Shown: positions 12,560-28,500, numbered from the stretch's first letter. The stretch is 64,000 nucleotides of DNA from Eledone cirrhosa (GCA_964016885.1 OZ024742.1:60512001-60576000); one strand, 5' to 3'. Notes: generated by a model from the sequence alone, not told the origin. Translations and numbers: made by a program.

Positions 12560-14270
12560 TAAATGAATAAAATTCGAAATATTATTCATAATTATATTAG
12601 TTTTTATTAACTTTTTTTTTCTAAGTCAGATCATTTATACCATTCTAAGTTTGAATGTAGAATTATATTTATTGAAATAAAGTTAACTTTATTTATCTAT
12701 TTACCAAATTTCAGATAATCTTATGAAGCTATTTACCAAACTGAAGATAAAACTATTTAGATTACAACTGTATAAATACATTGACTTTTATATGACTTAC
12801 TTTATATATTTTCCTGTTGTTTACTAAACTTATTTCAGATTTTAAAAAGTATTATGACAACATTCATAATATGTTCCTAGTTCAATTTCTTTTTCCGCTT
12901 TCGGAATTAATACAAGGTTTTCTATTATAGTTGTTAAAATTGTTACCATAGTTAAAATTGTTACGATTATGGTTAGTTGTTATATTATTATTATTATCAA
13001 TGTATTTAATTTTATTTCTATACCCAGCTCTACCTAACGCTTCGTTGTGATAATGTGCTTTTTCATCAAATATATTCTTATTAGCTGAAATTCTCGAAAT
13101 TCGTTCCTGTACAGAGTTCACTATAGTATTTTTACGGATCTGGGGTGATTAGAGTTAAAATTGACGTAGTTTAAGTTCTCATTTAGTTTGTGAAATGGAT
13201 AATGAAGACATGTGTTAAGATTTAGTGTTACGTCTAGAAAGTTAACTATTTTATGGTTATTCTCTATTTCTACTTTTAGAATTAGGTAATTAAAAAATTG
13301 TATAATTTGTTTTCTTTTTCTATTTAGTTCACAGTTATTATTTTCTATAAGTAAAAGCATGTCGTCACGATATAAACCTCCGGTTATCTCAGGTATTTTC
13401 CTATGTAGAGAAGTATTTATAAAGAGGCCCACAAGATCCGTTACCTGAGCGGAATCGGAGGATCCCATAGTTATATCAAAGTTATTATTTCTATCTGCCC
13501 TAGTCCAGAGTTGGTTATTAAATTCTATTAATGTTTTCCGTGCCGATAATATAATGTGCATTTCATTGCTACTTAGGTCTGTATGTTTAAATGCGTAAGT
13601 TAGTGCTTTATTCAGTAGATTAGGAGTGATAGATGAGTAATAGTTAGCAATATCCAACTGGATAAACTTATTATTATAGTTATATCTAATTTCTTTAAAC
13701 CAATCGATAACTTCACTAGTTCCTTTCCATAATTTTAAATAAGATAAATTCTTAATTTGTGGTATTATTCTGTCTAGAATATTTTTGCTAAGTCTGCCAA
13801 GGTCCGATTTAGATGGTGCAATTAATCTGACTGGTAAATCAGTTTCGAAGTTCCTTTTATGATCCTTCATATTAATCTTAGGTTTCCTTGGCGTGAAGGG
13901 TTGTGTCCTATTTCCAATGCCTAGTTCGTGCATTATATAAGAGGCACGTGTATTCAATTTTTCATGGTCGTCTTTATTTGCTACTGTGTATTTCTTCCTT
14001 AATTCCTTTAATATAAGATCGTTATAAATGTCCTTTTGTATTCCGTAAAGATTATTGGTTTTGTAAGATTTGACTAGAATTTTCTCCGTTTTCTCCAAAT
14101 TTTCAATATTATTTTTAATATTTCTTAAGTAATCCTGGCCTTTGAAGTTGTTTTTGAATTTGATGCTTTGGATGATAGATATGATATCATTTTCAAAATC
14201 CATTAGTAGTTTGTAAGGGGGGATTTTTTTTAGATTTGAAGATTTTATCCAGGTTGGAGACATTTTCATT
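12560..14270 (-). mobile_element. Penelope-like element RT region (probably Hydra-like clade), decayed
   Basis: ORF 13121-14269 has RT motifs. The continuation at 12882-13121 (ISRISANKNIFD..YHNEALGRAGY) is the PLE thumb. Same family as 39780-40830. Confidence 0.85.
13121..14269 (-). pseudogene. PLE reverse transcriptase reading frame (382 aa fragment)
   Basis: PVRLIAPSKSDLGRLSK, QLDIANYYSSI, FDITMGSSDSAQVTDLVG, GLYRDDML, VNFLDVTLNL, YVNFNSNHP. Frameshift or stop at the end. Confidence 0.9.
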
Positions 14271-14926
14271 TAGATTAGATTTATCGAAGTGGAAATTAAA
14301 TTAAAGAATCCTTTATATTTTGTATGTATATATTATATACGTAGTTAGATATGTATATATATTTTCATAAGTGTGTGTATATATTTATATGTATGTATTT
14401 TTGCGTGTGTATACGTGTTATATAATATGTAGATCCTTAATAATATATGGATTTCTTAATATATTGATCCCAATTTTTTATATATTGATCTCAATATTTA
14501 ACTGATTAACTAAACATCTAATCATATTTAAACAATGGTTAAATTTCTCATATTATATATGTATATTCCATTCATGATTATTAACATTTCTAATTTTATT
14601 TATTCATTTCATCTCAATTGTTAAGTTAACTCAACAAGATATGACTTAGAGTTTTTCGTTCTCTCTCCTTTCTCTGTCTCCTCTCTCACTCTATGTCTGT
14701 CTCTGTCTCCTCTCTCTCTCTCTCTTTCTCTCTCTGTTGTTCTGCTCTTTCTCTCTCTTTCCTTCTCTATCTTCTCTTTCTCCGTAACCCCACGGCTTAT
14801 TTTAAAAATATCCAATGCTAATAATATAATTATATCTAAAACTCCACTATCCGGGAGCTTCCAACAGTAATGGTTGCATTCTGTAAGGGTATGTCAATAT
14901 TTATTTATAAAACTGATCTATATTAT

Positions 14927-14989
14927 ATTTTATCTGATGAAAGCACACCATAATTTAACTTGGTGTCCTTGAAATATGTATAATGAAAT
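14927..14989 (+). ncRNA. Type I hammerhead ribozyme, likely the inverted 5' pLTR of the 12.6-14.3 kb PLE
   Basis: ATTTTAT-CTGATGA-aag c acacca..tggtgt c ctt-GAAA TATGTA TA-ATGAAAT, followed by the family tail ending in (TA)n. Confidence 0.85.
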
Positions 14990-15033
14990 AAATATGGTTT
15001 TATAAATATAGTTTCCATTTGTTAATATCGTAT

Positions 15034-15190
<157 letters not shown>

Positions 15191-15191
15191 T

Positions 15192-15306
<115 letters not shown>

Positions 15307-15481
15307 TATATACATACCTACACACACATATACATACCCATACATAACACATACATATATATATATATAAGAAAAAACAAATATTATATATATAAAAAAA
15401 CATATATATTGTATATATAAAAATAAAAAGTTGGGAATACGACAAATAATAAATAAAAAAAATAATTAGAAAAGGGTATAA

Positions 15482-15525
<44 letters not shown>

Positions 15526-15857
15526 ATATATGTATATATATATTTATATATATATATATGTATATGCATGTGTGTGTGTGTGTATGCATGTTTGTGTATT
15601 TGTATGTATGTGTATGTATGGATATGTTGATATATATGTGTGTATGTATGTGTATATGTATGTGTATGTTTATATATACACATATATATGTGTGTGTGTG
15701 TGTATATGTGTATATATATGTATGTATATTGTTGTGTGTGTGTGTGTGCGTGTGCATGTGTGTTTATTTTTCCTTTCCTTCTTCCTCTTCCAGCCTCACT
15801 TTCATATAGATTATATTTTTGTGTTTAAAATCCAATGCCAATAAATACACCAGGATT

Positions 15858-15920
15858 TTTTAATTCTGATGATTGAAAGCAAAATGTGTTTGCTTTTAAG
15901 AAACCACTGGTAAATGAAAT
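15858..15920 (+). ncRNA. Type I hammerhead ribozyme in solo PLE tail (about 15760-16015)
   Basis: tttaatt-CTGATGA-ttgaaagcaaa atgtg tttgcttttaa-GAA ACC act GGT A-aatgaaa. The downstream tail resembles the reverse complement of 56480-56550. Confidence 0.8.
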
Positions 15921-16272
15921 AATTGCCTTATGTTGTTTATTACATAACTATTAAGCTCTGTTACCTACATAGAGCACTCTCTTTTCCTGGACCTTTCCGA
16001 CGGAATTACTTCATTTACACACATATATATATATAGAATGATTAGGTATCGAAAGAGAGAAGAGAATGGAAAGATGGTCGATACGTATATTTAGTTGCCA
16101 ATAGTTTATGCATGTGTGCTCAATACTCGTGCCTACAGGATTAAATATTAGAGGCGTCAATATTTAGTGGGCGAGAAAAAAATATTTAGTGAGCGAGAAA
16201 AAATAAGCAGAGCGATTATAAAGGAAATGAATACAAAGTGTTTAAAATCGTTAAAACATGTTTATATAATTG

Positions 16273-16315
16273 TGCACCTACGTACGTTTCGCCCTTAGGG
16301 GGCTTATCAAGGGCA
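16273..16315 (-). ncRNA. Degenerate hammerhead (core TTGATAA) in a decayed PLE tail
   Basis: Minus: tgccc-TTGATAA-gccc cctaa gggc-GAAAC GTAC GTA-ggtgca. Two core substitutions, probably inactive. Confidence 0.55.
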
Positions 16316-16759
16316 TGGAAAGCAAAATAATTTTCAATATAGGACCCAGGATGGAATATACGGTTAAATTAACATCATCATTCATTTTCCTCTCCGTGCA
16401 CGTGTTTTTATTATCACAGAGCAGGGGGAGTAACTCTGGCCGGTGTTCAAGCAATCAGTCCAATGTGGATTTTAATGCCTGTTCATATGCTGGTGTTTAG
16501 CATCTTTATGTTATGTGTGTTGTTTCACTAGTGCCAGTACAGGTCGGGTCTGGAGTGTCCATTTATTATTTAGTGGATGTTGCTTCACTAGTGTTTGTTC
16601 GAGTATGGTCTGCGGTGTACATTTGGTTCACAGATGTTTGTTCATACTGCGTGACCACCGGGGTGTTATGGTTCGGGCAGGAGGACCCAGTTCGTAGTTT
16701 TCATGTCACAGTCTCCTCCCAGGCAAAATACGACGCCTGTACCCGGTGTTTACAATTAA

Positions 16760-16795
<36 letters not shown>

Positions 16796-17186
16796 TGTGA
16801 ATCACCTGGTAGTATATATATATATACTTTTGTGTTTCATAATGTGTATATTATCCACGTTTGCAGGTTTATGTTTGTAGTATGTTCGTATCTCTGTGTA
16901 TACATATATATCTGCATATATAATCATATTTACATGCATATTGAAGCTGACAGTGTAATATATATATGCATATATACACATATATATATATATATATATA
17001 TAATCAATGTTTAGTAAATAAGATAAAGTTTCAAAATAAATTTTAAAAAATTAACTGTACTTATTATGGTTACCTTTACCGAGTCGGTTTCGATTCTCAA
17101 AAATAAACGGAGTCCATACGGCCTTCGTTGCAAAGAAAGAATCTCGTCAGAAGGATCTTTTCATATATAATATATGTGTGTGTGTG

Positions 17187-17331
<145 letters not shown>

Positions 17332-17904
17332 AAGTGTGTATTTCTATTAGTATTCTTACATATATTTAATGTCTGTACATACGATCGTGTTTATGATAGT
17401 ATAATTTTATATATGTAAAGCTATAAATATTTTCTCTTTTCATACGTGGTTTATAAATATACGTTTTCCTATAAAAGGAAGCTTGTTAATGTCACTATTT
17501 ATTTTATGCAAATATTTATATTATGAATGAAGCTTTTAGTCATATTAAAAGTGAATGGGTTTAGGCTTTTAAACTCAAACACGTATATACACATAGTCTG
17601 AATCAGCATGCAATTTAGTACACGTTTGATAGCAGTATCTTGTTGCTAGAAATAACAACTAAACCTACAGGTTATCATATTCTTTAGTCCTACAACTAAA
17701 TCCACAGGTAATAAGATTCTTTTGTCCTACAATAAAACGACTCATTAGAACAGACCAAATGTTACAAATATATCTGAGTATAGTCGGCCTTCATTCATCA
17801 AGCCAGAATTTAAGCTGGATTCGTGTATAGGTCAGAGGCTAAGTATACCATGCTTCTTCTTTTCTTCTTCGTCTTCTATTCTTCTGCTTCACGCACTTAT
17901 TACT

Positions 17905-18430
17905 GAGAGGGTCATTGTGGCAGAGCACTCAAACATGATTTCCTTAAGGTTGCCTTAGAAGTAGTCGTCTCCAATTGATCGGGCCGGATCCCAAAGCGAG
18001 ACCAGCTGAGTTCATAGATGTTATCCAACCATCTTGCTAGGGGCCTACCTCTGGGTCTCCTGCCCGCTGGGGTTATTCGTAAAATCTTTCCACCGACATT
18101 TTCCTTAGATAGTCTAACCACATGTCCGTAGTATCGGAGCTGTGATCCCTCAATTCGGTGAAGTAGCGACTCTTGGTGAGACGACTCTATGATTCCTAAG
18201 CTACGTACTCTATTGAGAAACGTTATGCCAAGGACTCTGGGAGGAACTCCGTTTTGCCCGCTTGTATTGGCGATCGTATTCTTTCAGTCATTACCCAATA
18301 TTCATCACTATATATAAGCTTTCGCACGAATACCGAATTGTAGATAGCGAGTTTACTTTTTACATGCATATCCCTGATCGCTGGAAAGTTAAATCCAGCT
18401 GCTGTTTCTACCATCGTTCAATTAATTGTA
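17905..18430 (-). mobile_element. RTE-like LINE 3' fragment
   Basis: KSKLAIYNSVFVRKLIYSDEYWVMTERIRS; GRRPRGRPLARWLDNI. Confidence 0.8.
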
Positions 18431-19152
18431 CTGAAGCAAAGTAAATGTTTTTTTTTCTTTTCAAACTCGCTGTTTGTGCTACAGTTAATAGTAATCCAGT
18501 ATGACCTGTTGCATGATCGGATGAATTCTGATTAACCCTGAAACAGACTAAGCGTGCTTGGATAAGGTGGTAACACTAAGAAAGCATTTACATATAATAG
18601 AGGTGTATATGAAGACATATATATTATACATATATAAAAACATATTGTAGCCTCATTGTAAAAAACAACATTATTTAACGAAACGAAAACGAAACCAAGC
18701 CTAAAAAAATATGTTTTTCTGTGTTCTTCTATCAATATATCATATTCAAACAACACTGTTTCCAGATTCGTAACTCACTCAGAACATACTGGCATATACA
18801 CATCTATTACGCATAAACGATGTCTTCGTGCTACCGCGAATTAAGTAGAAGAAACCAAGCTCGCGCTCTATGCAAATGATCAGTTGCAGTAGATGTCTTC
18901 TATTTGCTATATACAAAGGAGCATCCCCAGTAAATGATCCTCACCAAAATACTAACTACTATTCTATGCCAATATGTTCTGACTAAGTGTCACTGATGAA
19001 AGATTAATAAAGCACGAAACATCATTGTCTGATATTCTGACAACTTTATGATATATTCATAGAGCAAAATAGTGAAACATGTTTTTCGCTACGAATATGC
19101 TACCAATAGATTTTTTTGTATATAAACGTATTATATATGTCTTCATAAGTAA

Positions 19153-19234
<82 letters not shown>

Positions 19235-19485
19235 GTATATATATATATACACCAAAAGAGAGCAATATATAGTATATAAATATCATGAGAGTCTATGATC
19301 ACTCAATGAAAGAATTGTAGCTAAAACACGAAGACCAGGGATACGTTGTCCATAGCAAATATCGTACAAATATCTTTGCAAAATGTATGACAAAAGAGTG
19401 TAGACAAAATATCCAATAAATAATAATGATAAACCTGAAGTTTTTCTTTAATGAAATTGGCAAATGACCCTCCTCAAAATACAAC

Positions 19486-19560
<75 letters not shown>

Positions 19561-19565
<5 letters not shown>

Positions 19566-22500
19566 AATATAGACATAGAATATTCGAAAATATTCTGTAT
19601 ATTTATAATAAACATTTTGAAGACCTAATCGCTATAGAATAGAATACGTCACGTATTACAATTAGATTCTCGATAAAAGCAAGGGAAGTAATCTACGCGT
19701 TTCATTCTTATTAGAAATCTTCAGGACTACATATCCAGTGCTTTTATCGAGAATGACACAGCTAGAGACTTATAGAATACTTAGCTGTGTACAGGAACTG
19801 GTTTGAAAGAGCGGTTGCCGGTCCGGCAGAAATTAGAAATTGGAATAAATGCTCTGAAATAGCGATATATATGTGAATATAGACATAGAATATTCGAAAA
19901 TATTCTGTATATTTATAATAAACATTTTGAAGACCTAATCGCTATAGAATAGAATACGTCACGTATTACAATTAGATTCTCGATAAAAGCAAGGGAAGTA
20001 ATCTACGCGTTTCATTCTTATTAGAAATCTTCAGGACTACATATCCAGTGCTTTTATCGAGAATGACACAGCTAGAGACTTATAGAATACTTAGCTGTGT
20101 ACAGGAACTGGTTTGAAAGAGCGGTTGCCGGTCCGGCAGAAATTAGAAATTGGAATAAATGCTCTGAAATAGCGATATATATGTGAATATAGACATAGAA
20201 TATTCGAAAATATTCTGTATATTTATAATAAACATTTTGAAGACCTAATCGCTATAGAATAGAATACGTCACGTATTACAATTAGATTCTCGATAAAAGC
20301 AAGGGAAGTAATCTACGCGTTTCATTCTTATTAGAAATCTTCAGGACTACATATCCAGTGCTTTTATCGAGAATGACACAGCTAGAGACTTATAGAATAC
20401 TTAGCTGTGTACAGGAACTGGTTTGAAAGAGCGGTTGCCGGTCCGGCAGAAATTAGAAATTGGAATAAATGCTCTGAAATAGCGATATATATGTGAATAT
20501 AGACATAGAATATTCGAAAATATTCTGTATATTTATAATAAACATTTTGAAGACCTAATCGCTATAGAATAGAATACGTCACGTATTACAATTAGATTCT
20601 CGATAAAAGCAAGGGAAGTAATCTACGCGTTTCATTCTTATTAGAAATCTTCAGGACTACATATCCAGTGCTTTTATCGAGAATGACACAGCTAGAGACT
20701 TATAGAATACTTAGCTGTGTACAGGAACTGGTTTGAAAGAGCGGTTGCCGGTCCGGCAGAAATTAGAAATTGGAATAAATGCTCTGAAATAGCGATATAT
20801 ATGTGAATATAGATATAGAATATTCGAAAATATTCTGTATATTTATAATAAACATTTTGAAGACCTAATCGCTATAGAATAGAATACGTCACGTATTACA
20901 ATTAGATTCTCGATAAAAGCAAGGGAAGTAATCTACGCGTTTCATTCTTATTAGAAATCTTCAGGACTACATATCCAGTGCTTTTATCGAGAATGACACA
21001 GCTAGAGACTTATAGAATACTTAGCTGTGTACAGGAACTGGTTTGAAAGAGCGGTTGCCGGTCCGGCAGAAATTAGAAATTGGAATAAATGCTCTGAAAT
21101 AGCGATATATATGTGAATATAGACATAGAATATTCGAAAATATTCTGTATATTTATAATAAACATTTTGAAGACCTAATCGCTATAGAATAGAATACGTC
21201 ACGTATTACAATTAGATTCTCGATAAAAGCAAGGGAAGTAATCTACGCGTTTCATTCTTATTAGAAATCTTCAGGACTACATATCCAGTGCTTTTATCGA
21301 GAATGACACAGCTAGAGACTTATAGAATACTTAGCTGTGTACAGGAACTGGTTTGAAAGAGCGGTTGCCGGTCCGGCAGAAATTAGAAATTGGAATAAAT
21401 GCTCTGAAATAGCGATATATATGTGAATATAGACATAGAATATTCGAAAATATTCTGTATATTTATAATAAACATTTTGAAGACCTAATCGCTATAGAAT
21501 AGAATACGTCACGTATTACAATTAGATTCTCGATAAAAGCAAGGGAAGTAATCTACGCGTTTCATTCTTATTAGAAATCTTCAGGACTACATATCCAGTG
21601 CTTTTATCGAGAATGACACAGCTAGAGACTTATAGAATACTTAGCTGTGTACAGGAACTGGTTTGAAAGAGCGGTTGCCGGTCCGGCAGAAATTAGAAAT
21701 TGGAATAAATGCTCTGAAATAGCGATATATATGTGAATATAGACATAGAATATTCGAAAATATTCTGTATATTTATAATAAACATTTTGAAGACCTAATC
21801 GCTATAGAATAGAATACGTCACGTATTACAATTAGATTCTCGATAAAAGCAAGGGAAGTAATCTACGCGTTTCATTCTTATTAGAAATCTTCAGGACTAC
21901 ATATCCAGTGCTTTTATCGAGAATGACACAGCTAGAGACTTATAGAATACTTAGCTGTGTACAGGAACTGGTTTGAAAGAGCGGTTGCCGGTCCGGCAGA
22001 AATTAGAAATTGGAATAAATGCTCTGAAATAGCGATATATATGTGAATATAGACATAGAATATTCGAAAATATTCTGTATATTTATAATAAACATTTTGA
22101 AGACCTAATCGCTATAGAATAGAATACGTCACGTATTACAATTAGATTCTTGATAAAAGCAAGGGAAGTAATCTACGCGTTTCATTCTTATTAGAAATCT
22201 TCAGGACTACATATCCAGTGCTTTTATCGAGAATGACACAGCTAGAGACTTATAGAATACTTAGCTGTGTACAGGAACTGGTTTGAAAGAGCGGTTGCCG
22301 GTCCGGCAGAAATTAGAAATTGGAATAAATGCTCTGAAATAGCGATATATATGTGAATATAGACATAGAATATTCGAAAATATTCTGTATATTTATAATA
22401 AACATTTTGAAGACCTAATCGCTATAGAATAGAATACGTCACGTATTACAATTAGATTCTCGATAAAAGCAAGGGAAGTAATCTACGCGTTTCATTCTTA

Positions 22501-25500
22501 TTAGAAATCTTCAGGACTACATATCCAGTGCTTTTATCGAGAATGACACAGCTAGAGACTTATAGAATACTTAGCTGTGTACAGGAACTGGTTTGAAAGA
22601 GCGGTTGCCGGTCCGGCAGAAATTAGAAATTGGAATAAATGCTCTGAAATAGCGATATATATGTGAATATAGACATAGAATATTCGAAAATATTCTGTAT
22701 ATTTATAATAAACATTTTGAAGACCTAATCGCTATAGAATAGAATACGTCACGTATTACAATTAGATTCTCGATAAAAGCAAGGGAAGTAATCTACGCGT
22801 TTCATTCTTATTAGAAATCTTCAGGACTACATATCCAGTGCTTTTATCGAGAATGACACAGCTAGAGACTTATAGAATACTTAGCTGTGTACAGGAATTG
22901 TTTGAAAGAGCGGTTGCCGGTCCGGCAGAAATTAGAAATTGGAATAAATGCTCTGAAATAGCGATATATATGTGAATATAGACATAGAATATTCGAAAAT
23001 ATTCTGTATATTTATAATAAACATTTTGAAGACCTAATCGCTATAGAATAGAATACGTCACGTATTACAATTAGATTCTCGATAAAAGCAAGGGAAGTAA
23101 TCTACGCGTTTCATTCTTATTAGAAATCTTCAGGACTACATATCCAGTGCTTTTATCGAGAATGACACAGCTAGAGACTTATAGAATACTTAGCTGTGTA
23201 CAGGAACTGGTTTGAAAGAGCGGTTGCCGGTCCGGCAGAAATTAGAAATTGGAATAAATGCTCTGAAATAGCGATATATATGTGAATATAGACATAGAAT
23301 ATTCGAAAATATTCTGTATATTTATAATAAACATTTTGAAGACCTAATCGCTATAGAATAGAATACGTCACGTATTACAATTAGATTCTCGATAAAAGCA
23401 AGGGAAGTAATCTACGCGTTTCATTCTTATTAGAAATCTTCAGGACTACATATCCAGTGCTTTTATCGAGAATGACACAGCTAGAGACTTATAGAATACT
23501 TAGCTGTGTATAGGAGCTGGTTTGAAAGAGCGGTTGCCGGTCCGGCAGAAATTAGAAATTGGAATAAATGCTCTGAAATAGCGATATATATGTGAATATA
23601 GACATAGAATATTCGAAAATATTCTGTATATTTATAATAAACATTTTGAAGACATAATCGCTATAGAATAGAATACGTCACGTATTACAATTAGATTCTC
23701 GATAAAAGCAAGGGAAGTAATCTACGCGTTTCATTCTTATTAGAAATCTTCAGGACTACATATCCAGTGCTTTTATCGAGAATGACACAGCTAGAGACTT
23801 ATAGAATACTTAGCTGTGTACAGGAACTGGTTTGAAAGAGCGGTTGCCGGTCCGGCAGAAATTAGAAATTGGAATAAATGCTCTGAAATAGCGATATATA
23901 TGTGAATATAGACATAGAATATTCGAAAATATTCTGTATATTTATAATAAACATTTTGAAGACCTAATCGCTATAGAATAGAATACGTCACGTATTACAA
24001 TTAGATTCTCGATAAAAGCAAGGGAAGTAATCTACGCGTTTCATTCTTATTAGAAATCTTCAGGACTACATATCCAGTGCTTTTATCGAGAATGACACAG
24101 CTAGAGACTTATAGAATACTTAGCTGTGTACAGGAACTGGTTTGAAAGAGCGGTTGCCGGTCCGGCAGAAATTAGAAATTGGAATAAATGCTCTGAAATA
24201 GCGATATATATGTGAATATAGACATAGAATATTCGAAAATATTCTGTATATTTATAATAAACATTTTGAAGACCTAATCGCTATAGAATAGAATACGTCA
24301 CGTATTACAATTAGATTCTCGATAAAAGCAAGGGAAGTAATCTACGCGTTTCATTCTTATTAGAAATCTTCAGGACTACATATCCAGTGCTTTTATCGAG
24401 AATGACACAGCTAGAGACTTATAGAATACTTAGCTGTGTACAGGAACTGGTTTGAAAGAGCGGTTGCCGGTCCGGCAGAAATTAGAAATTGGAATAAATG
24501 CTCTGAAATAGCGATATATATGTGAATATAGACATAGAATATTCGAAAATATTCTGTATATTTATAATAAACATTTTGAAGACCTAATCGCTATAGAATA
24601 GAATACGTCACGTATTACAATTAGATTCTCGATAAAAGCAAGGGAAGTAATCTACGCGTTTCATTCTTATTAGAAATCTTCAGGACTACATATCCAGTGC
24701 TTTTATCGAGAATGACACAGCTAGAGACTTATAGAATACTTAGCTGTGTACAGGAACTGGTTTGAAAGAGCGGTTGCCGGTCCGGCAGAAATTAGAAATT
24801 GGAATAAATGCTCTGAAATAGCGATATATATGTGAATATAGACATAGAATATTCGAAAATATTCTGTATATTTATAATAAACATTTTGAAGACCTAATCG
24901 CTATAGAATAGAATACGTCACGTATTACAATTAGATTCTCGATAAAAGCAAGGGAAGTAATCTACGCGTTTCATTCTTATTAGAAATCTTCAGGACTACA
25001 TATCCAGTGCTTTTATCGAGAATGACACAGCTAGAGACTTATAGAATACTTAGCTGTGTACAGGAACTGGTTTGAAAGAGCGGTTGCCGGTCCGGCAGAA
25101 ATTAGAAATTGGAATAAATGCTCTGAAATAGCGATATATATGTGAATATAGACATAGAATATTCGAAAATATTCTGTATATTTATAATAAACATTTTGAA
25201 GACCTAATCGCTATAGAATAGAATACGTCACGTATTACAATTAGATTCTCGATAAAAGCAAGGGAAGTAATCTACGCGTTTCATTCTTATTAGAAATCTT
25301 CAGGACTACATATCCAGTGCTTTTATCGAGAATGACACAGCTAGAGACTTATAGAATACTTAGCTGTGTACAGGAACTGGTTTGAAAGAGCGGTTGCCGG
25401 TCCGGCAGAAATTAGAAATTGGAATAAATGCTCTGAAATAGCGATATATATGTGAATATAGACATAGAATATTCGAAAATATTCTGTATATTTATAATAA

Positions 25501-28500
25501 ACATTTTGAAGACCTAATCGCTATAGAATAGAATACGTCACGTATTACAATTAGATTCTCGATAAAAGCAAGGGAAGTAATCTACGCGTTTCATTCTTAT
25601 TAGAAATCTTCAGGACTACATATCCAGTGCTTTTATCGAGAATGACACAGCTAGAGACTTATAGAATACTTAGCTGTGTACAGGAGCTGGTTTGAAAGAG
25701 CGGTTGCCGGTCCGGCAGAAATTAGAAATTGGAATAAATGCTCTGAAATAGCGATATATATGTGAATATAGACATAGAATATTCGAAAATATTCTGTATA
25801 TTTATAATAAACATTTTGAAGACCTAATCGCTATAGAATAGAATACGTCACGTATTACAATTAGATTCTCGATAAAAGCAAGGGAAGTAATCTACGCGTT
25901 TCATTCTTATTAGAAATCTTCAGGACTACATATCCAGTGCTTTTATCGAGAATGACACAGCTAGAGACTTATAGAATACTTAGCTGTGTACAGGAACTGG
26001 TTTGAAAGAGCGGTTGCCGGTCCGGCAGAAATTAGAAATTGGAATAAATGCTCTGAAATAGCGATATATATGTGAATATAGACATAGAATATTCGAAAAT
26101 ATTCTGTATATTTATAATAAACATTTTGAAGACCTAATCGCTATAGAATAGAATACGTCACGTATTACAATTAGATTCTCGATAAAAGCAAGGGAAGTAA
26201 TCTACGCGTTTCATTCTTATTAGAAATCTTCAGGACTACATATCCAGTGCTTTTATCGAGAATGACACAGCTAGAGACTTATAGAATACTTAGCTGTGTA
26301 CAGGAACTGGTTTGAAAGAGCGGTTGCCGGTCCGGCAGAAATTAGAAATTGGAATAAATGCTCTGAAATAGCGATATATATGTGAATATAGACATAGAAT
26401 ATTCGAAAATATTCTGTATATTTATAATAAACATTTTGAAGACCTAATCGCTATAGAATAGAATACGTCACGTATTACAATTAGATTCTCGATAAAAGCA
26501 AGGGAAGTAATCTACGCGTTTCATTCTTATTAGAAATCTTCAGGACTACATATCCAGTGCTTTTATCGAGAATGACACAGCTAGAGACTTATAGAATACT
26601 TAGCTGTGTACAGGAACTGGTTTGAAAGAGCGGTTGCCGGTCCGGCAGAAATTAGAAATTGGAATAAATGCTCTGAAATAGCGATATATATGTGAATATA
26701 GACATAGAATATTCGAAAATATTCTGTATATTTATAATAAACATTTTGAAGACCTAATCGCTATAGAATAGAATACGTCACGTATTACAATTAGATTCTC
26801 GATAAAAGCAAGGGAAGTAATCTACGCGTTTCATTCTTATTAGAAATCTTCAGGACTACATATCCAGTGCTTTTATCGAGAATGACACAGCTAGAGACTT
26901 ATAGAATACTTAGCTGTGTACAGGAACTGGTTTGAAAGAGCGGTTGCCGGTCCGGCAGAAATTAGAAATTGGAATAAATGCTCTGAAATAGCGATATATA
27001 TGTGAATATAGACATAGAATATTCGAAAATATTCTGTATATTTATAATAAACATTTTGAAGACCTAATCGCTATAGAATAGAATACGTCACGTATTACAA
27101 TTAGATTCTCGATAAAAGCAAGGGAAGTAATCTACGCGTTTCATTCTTATTAGAAATCTTCAGGACTACATATCCAGTGCTTTTATCGAGAATGACACAG
27201 CTAGAGACTTATAGAATACTTAGCTGTGTACAGGAACTGGTTTGAAAGAGCGGTTGCCGGTCCGGCAGAAATTAGAAATTGGAATAAATGCTCTGAAATA
27301 GCGATATATATGTGAATATAGACATAGAATATTCGAAAATATTCTGTATATTTATAATAAACATTTTGAAGACCTAATCGCTATAGAATAGAATACGTCA
27401 CGTATTACAATTAGATTCTCGATAAAAGCAAGGGAAGTAATCTACGCGTTTCATTCTTATTAGAAATCTTCAGGACTACATATCCAGTGCTTTTATCGAG
27501 AATGACACAGCTAGAGACTTATAGAATACTTAGCTGTGTACAGGAACTGGTTTGAAAGAGCGGTTGCCGGTCCGGCAGAAATTAGAAATTGGAATAAATG
27601 CTCTGAAATAGCGATATATATGTGAATATAGACATAGAATATTCGAAAATATTCTGTATATTTATAATAAACATTTTGAAGACCTAATCGCTATAGAATA
27701 GAATACGTCACGTATTACAATTAGATTCTTGATAAAAGCAAGGGAAGTAATCTACGCGTTTCATTCTTATTAGAAATCTTCAGGACTACATATCCAGTGC
27801 TTTTATCGAGAATGACACAGCTAGAGACTTATAGAATACTTAGCTGTGTACAGGAACTGGTTTGAAAGAGCGGTTGCCGGTCCGGCAGAAATTAGAAATT
27901 GGAATAAATGCTCTGAAATAGCGATATATATGTGAATATAGACATAGAATATTCGAAAATATTCTGTATATTTATAATAAACATTTTGAAGACCTAATCG
28001 CTATAGAATAGAATACGTCACGTATTACAATTAGATTCTCGATAAAAGCAAGGGAAGTAATCTACGCGTTTCATTCTTATTAGAAATCTTCAGGACTACA
28101 TATCCAGTGCTTTTATCGAGAATGACACAGCTAGAGACTTATAGAATACTTAGCTGTGTACAGGAACTGGTTTGAAAGAGCGGTTGCCGGTCCGGCAGAA
28201 ATTAGAAATTGGAATAAATGCTCTGAAATAGCGATATATATGTGAATATAGACATAGAATATTCGAAAATATTCTGTATATTTATAATAAACATTTTGAA
28301 GACCTAATCGCTATAGAATAGAATACGTCACGTATTACAATTAGATTCTCGATAAAAGCAAGGGAAGTAATCTACGCGTTTCATTCTTATTAGAAATCTT
28401 CAGGACTACATATCCAGTGCTTTTATCGAGAATGACACAGCTAGAGACTTATAGAATACTTAGCTGTGTACAGGAACTGGTTTGAAAGAGCGGTTGCCGG

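Noticed and set aside
19795-19815. Pol III B-box-like TTTCAAACC on the minus strand of the unit
   Set aside because: Mismatch at the key G and no convincing A box. The promoter for the array remains unidentified.
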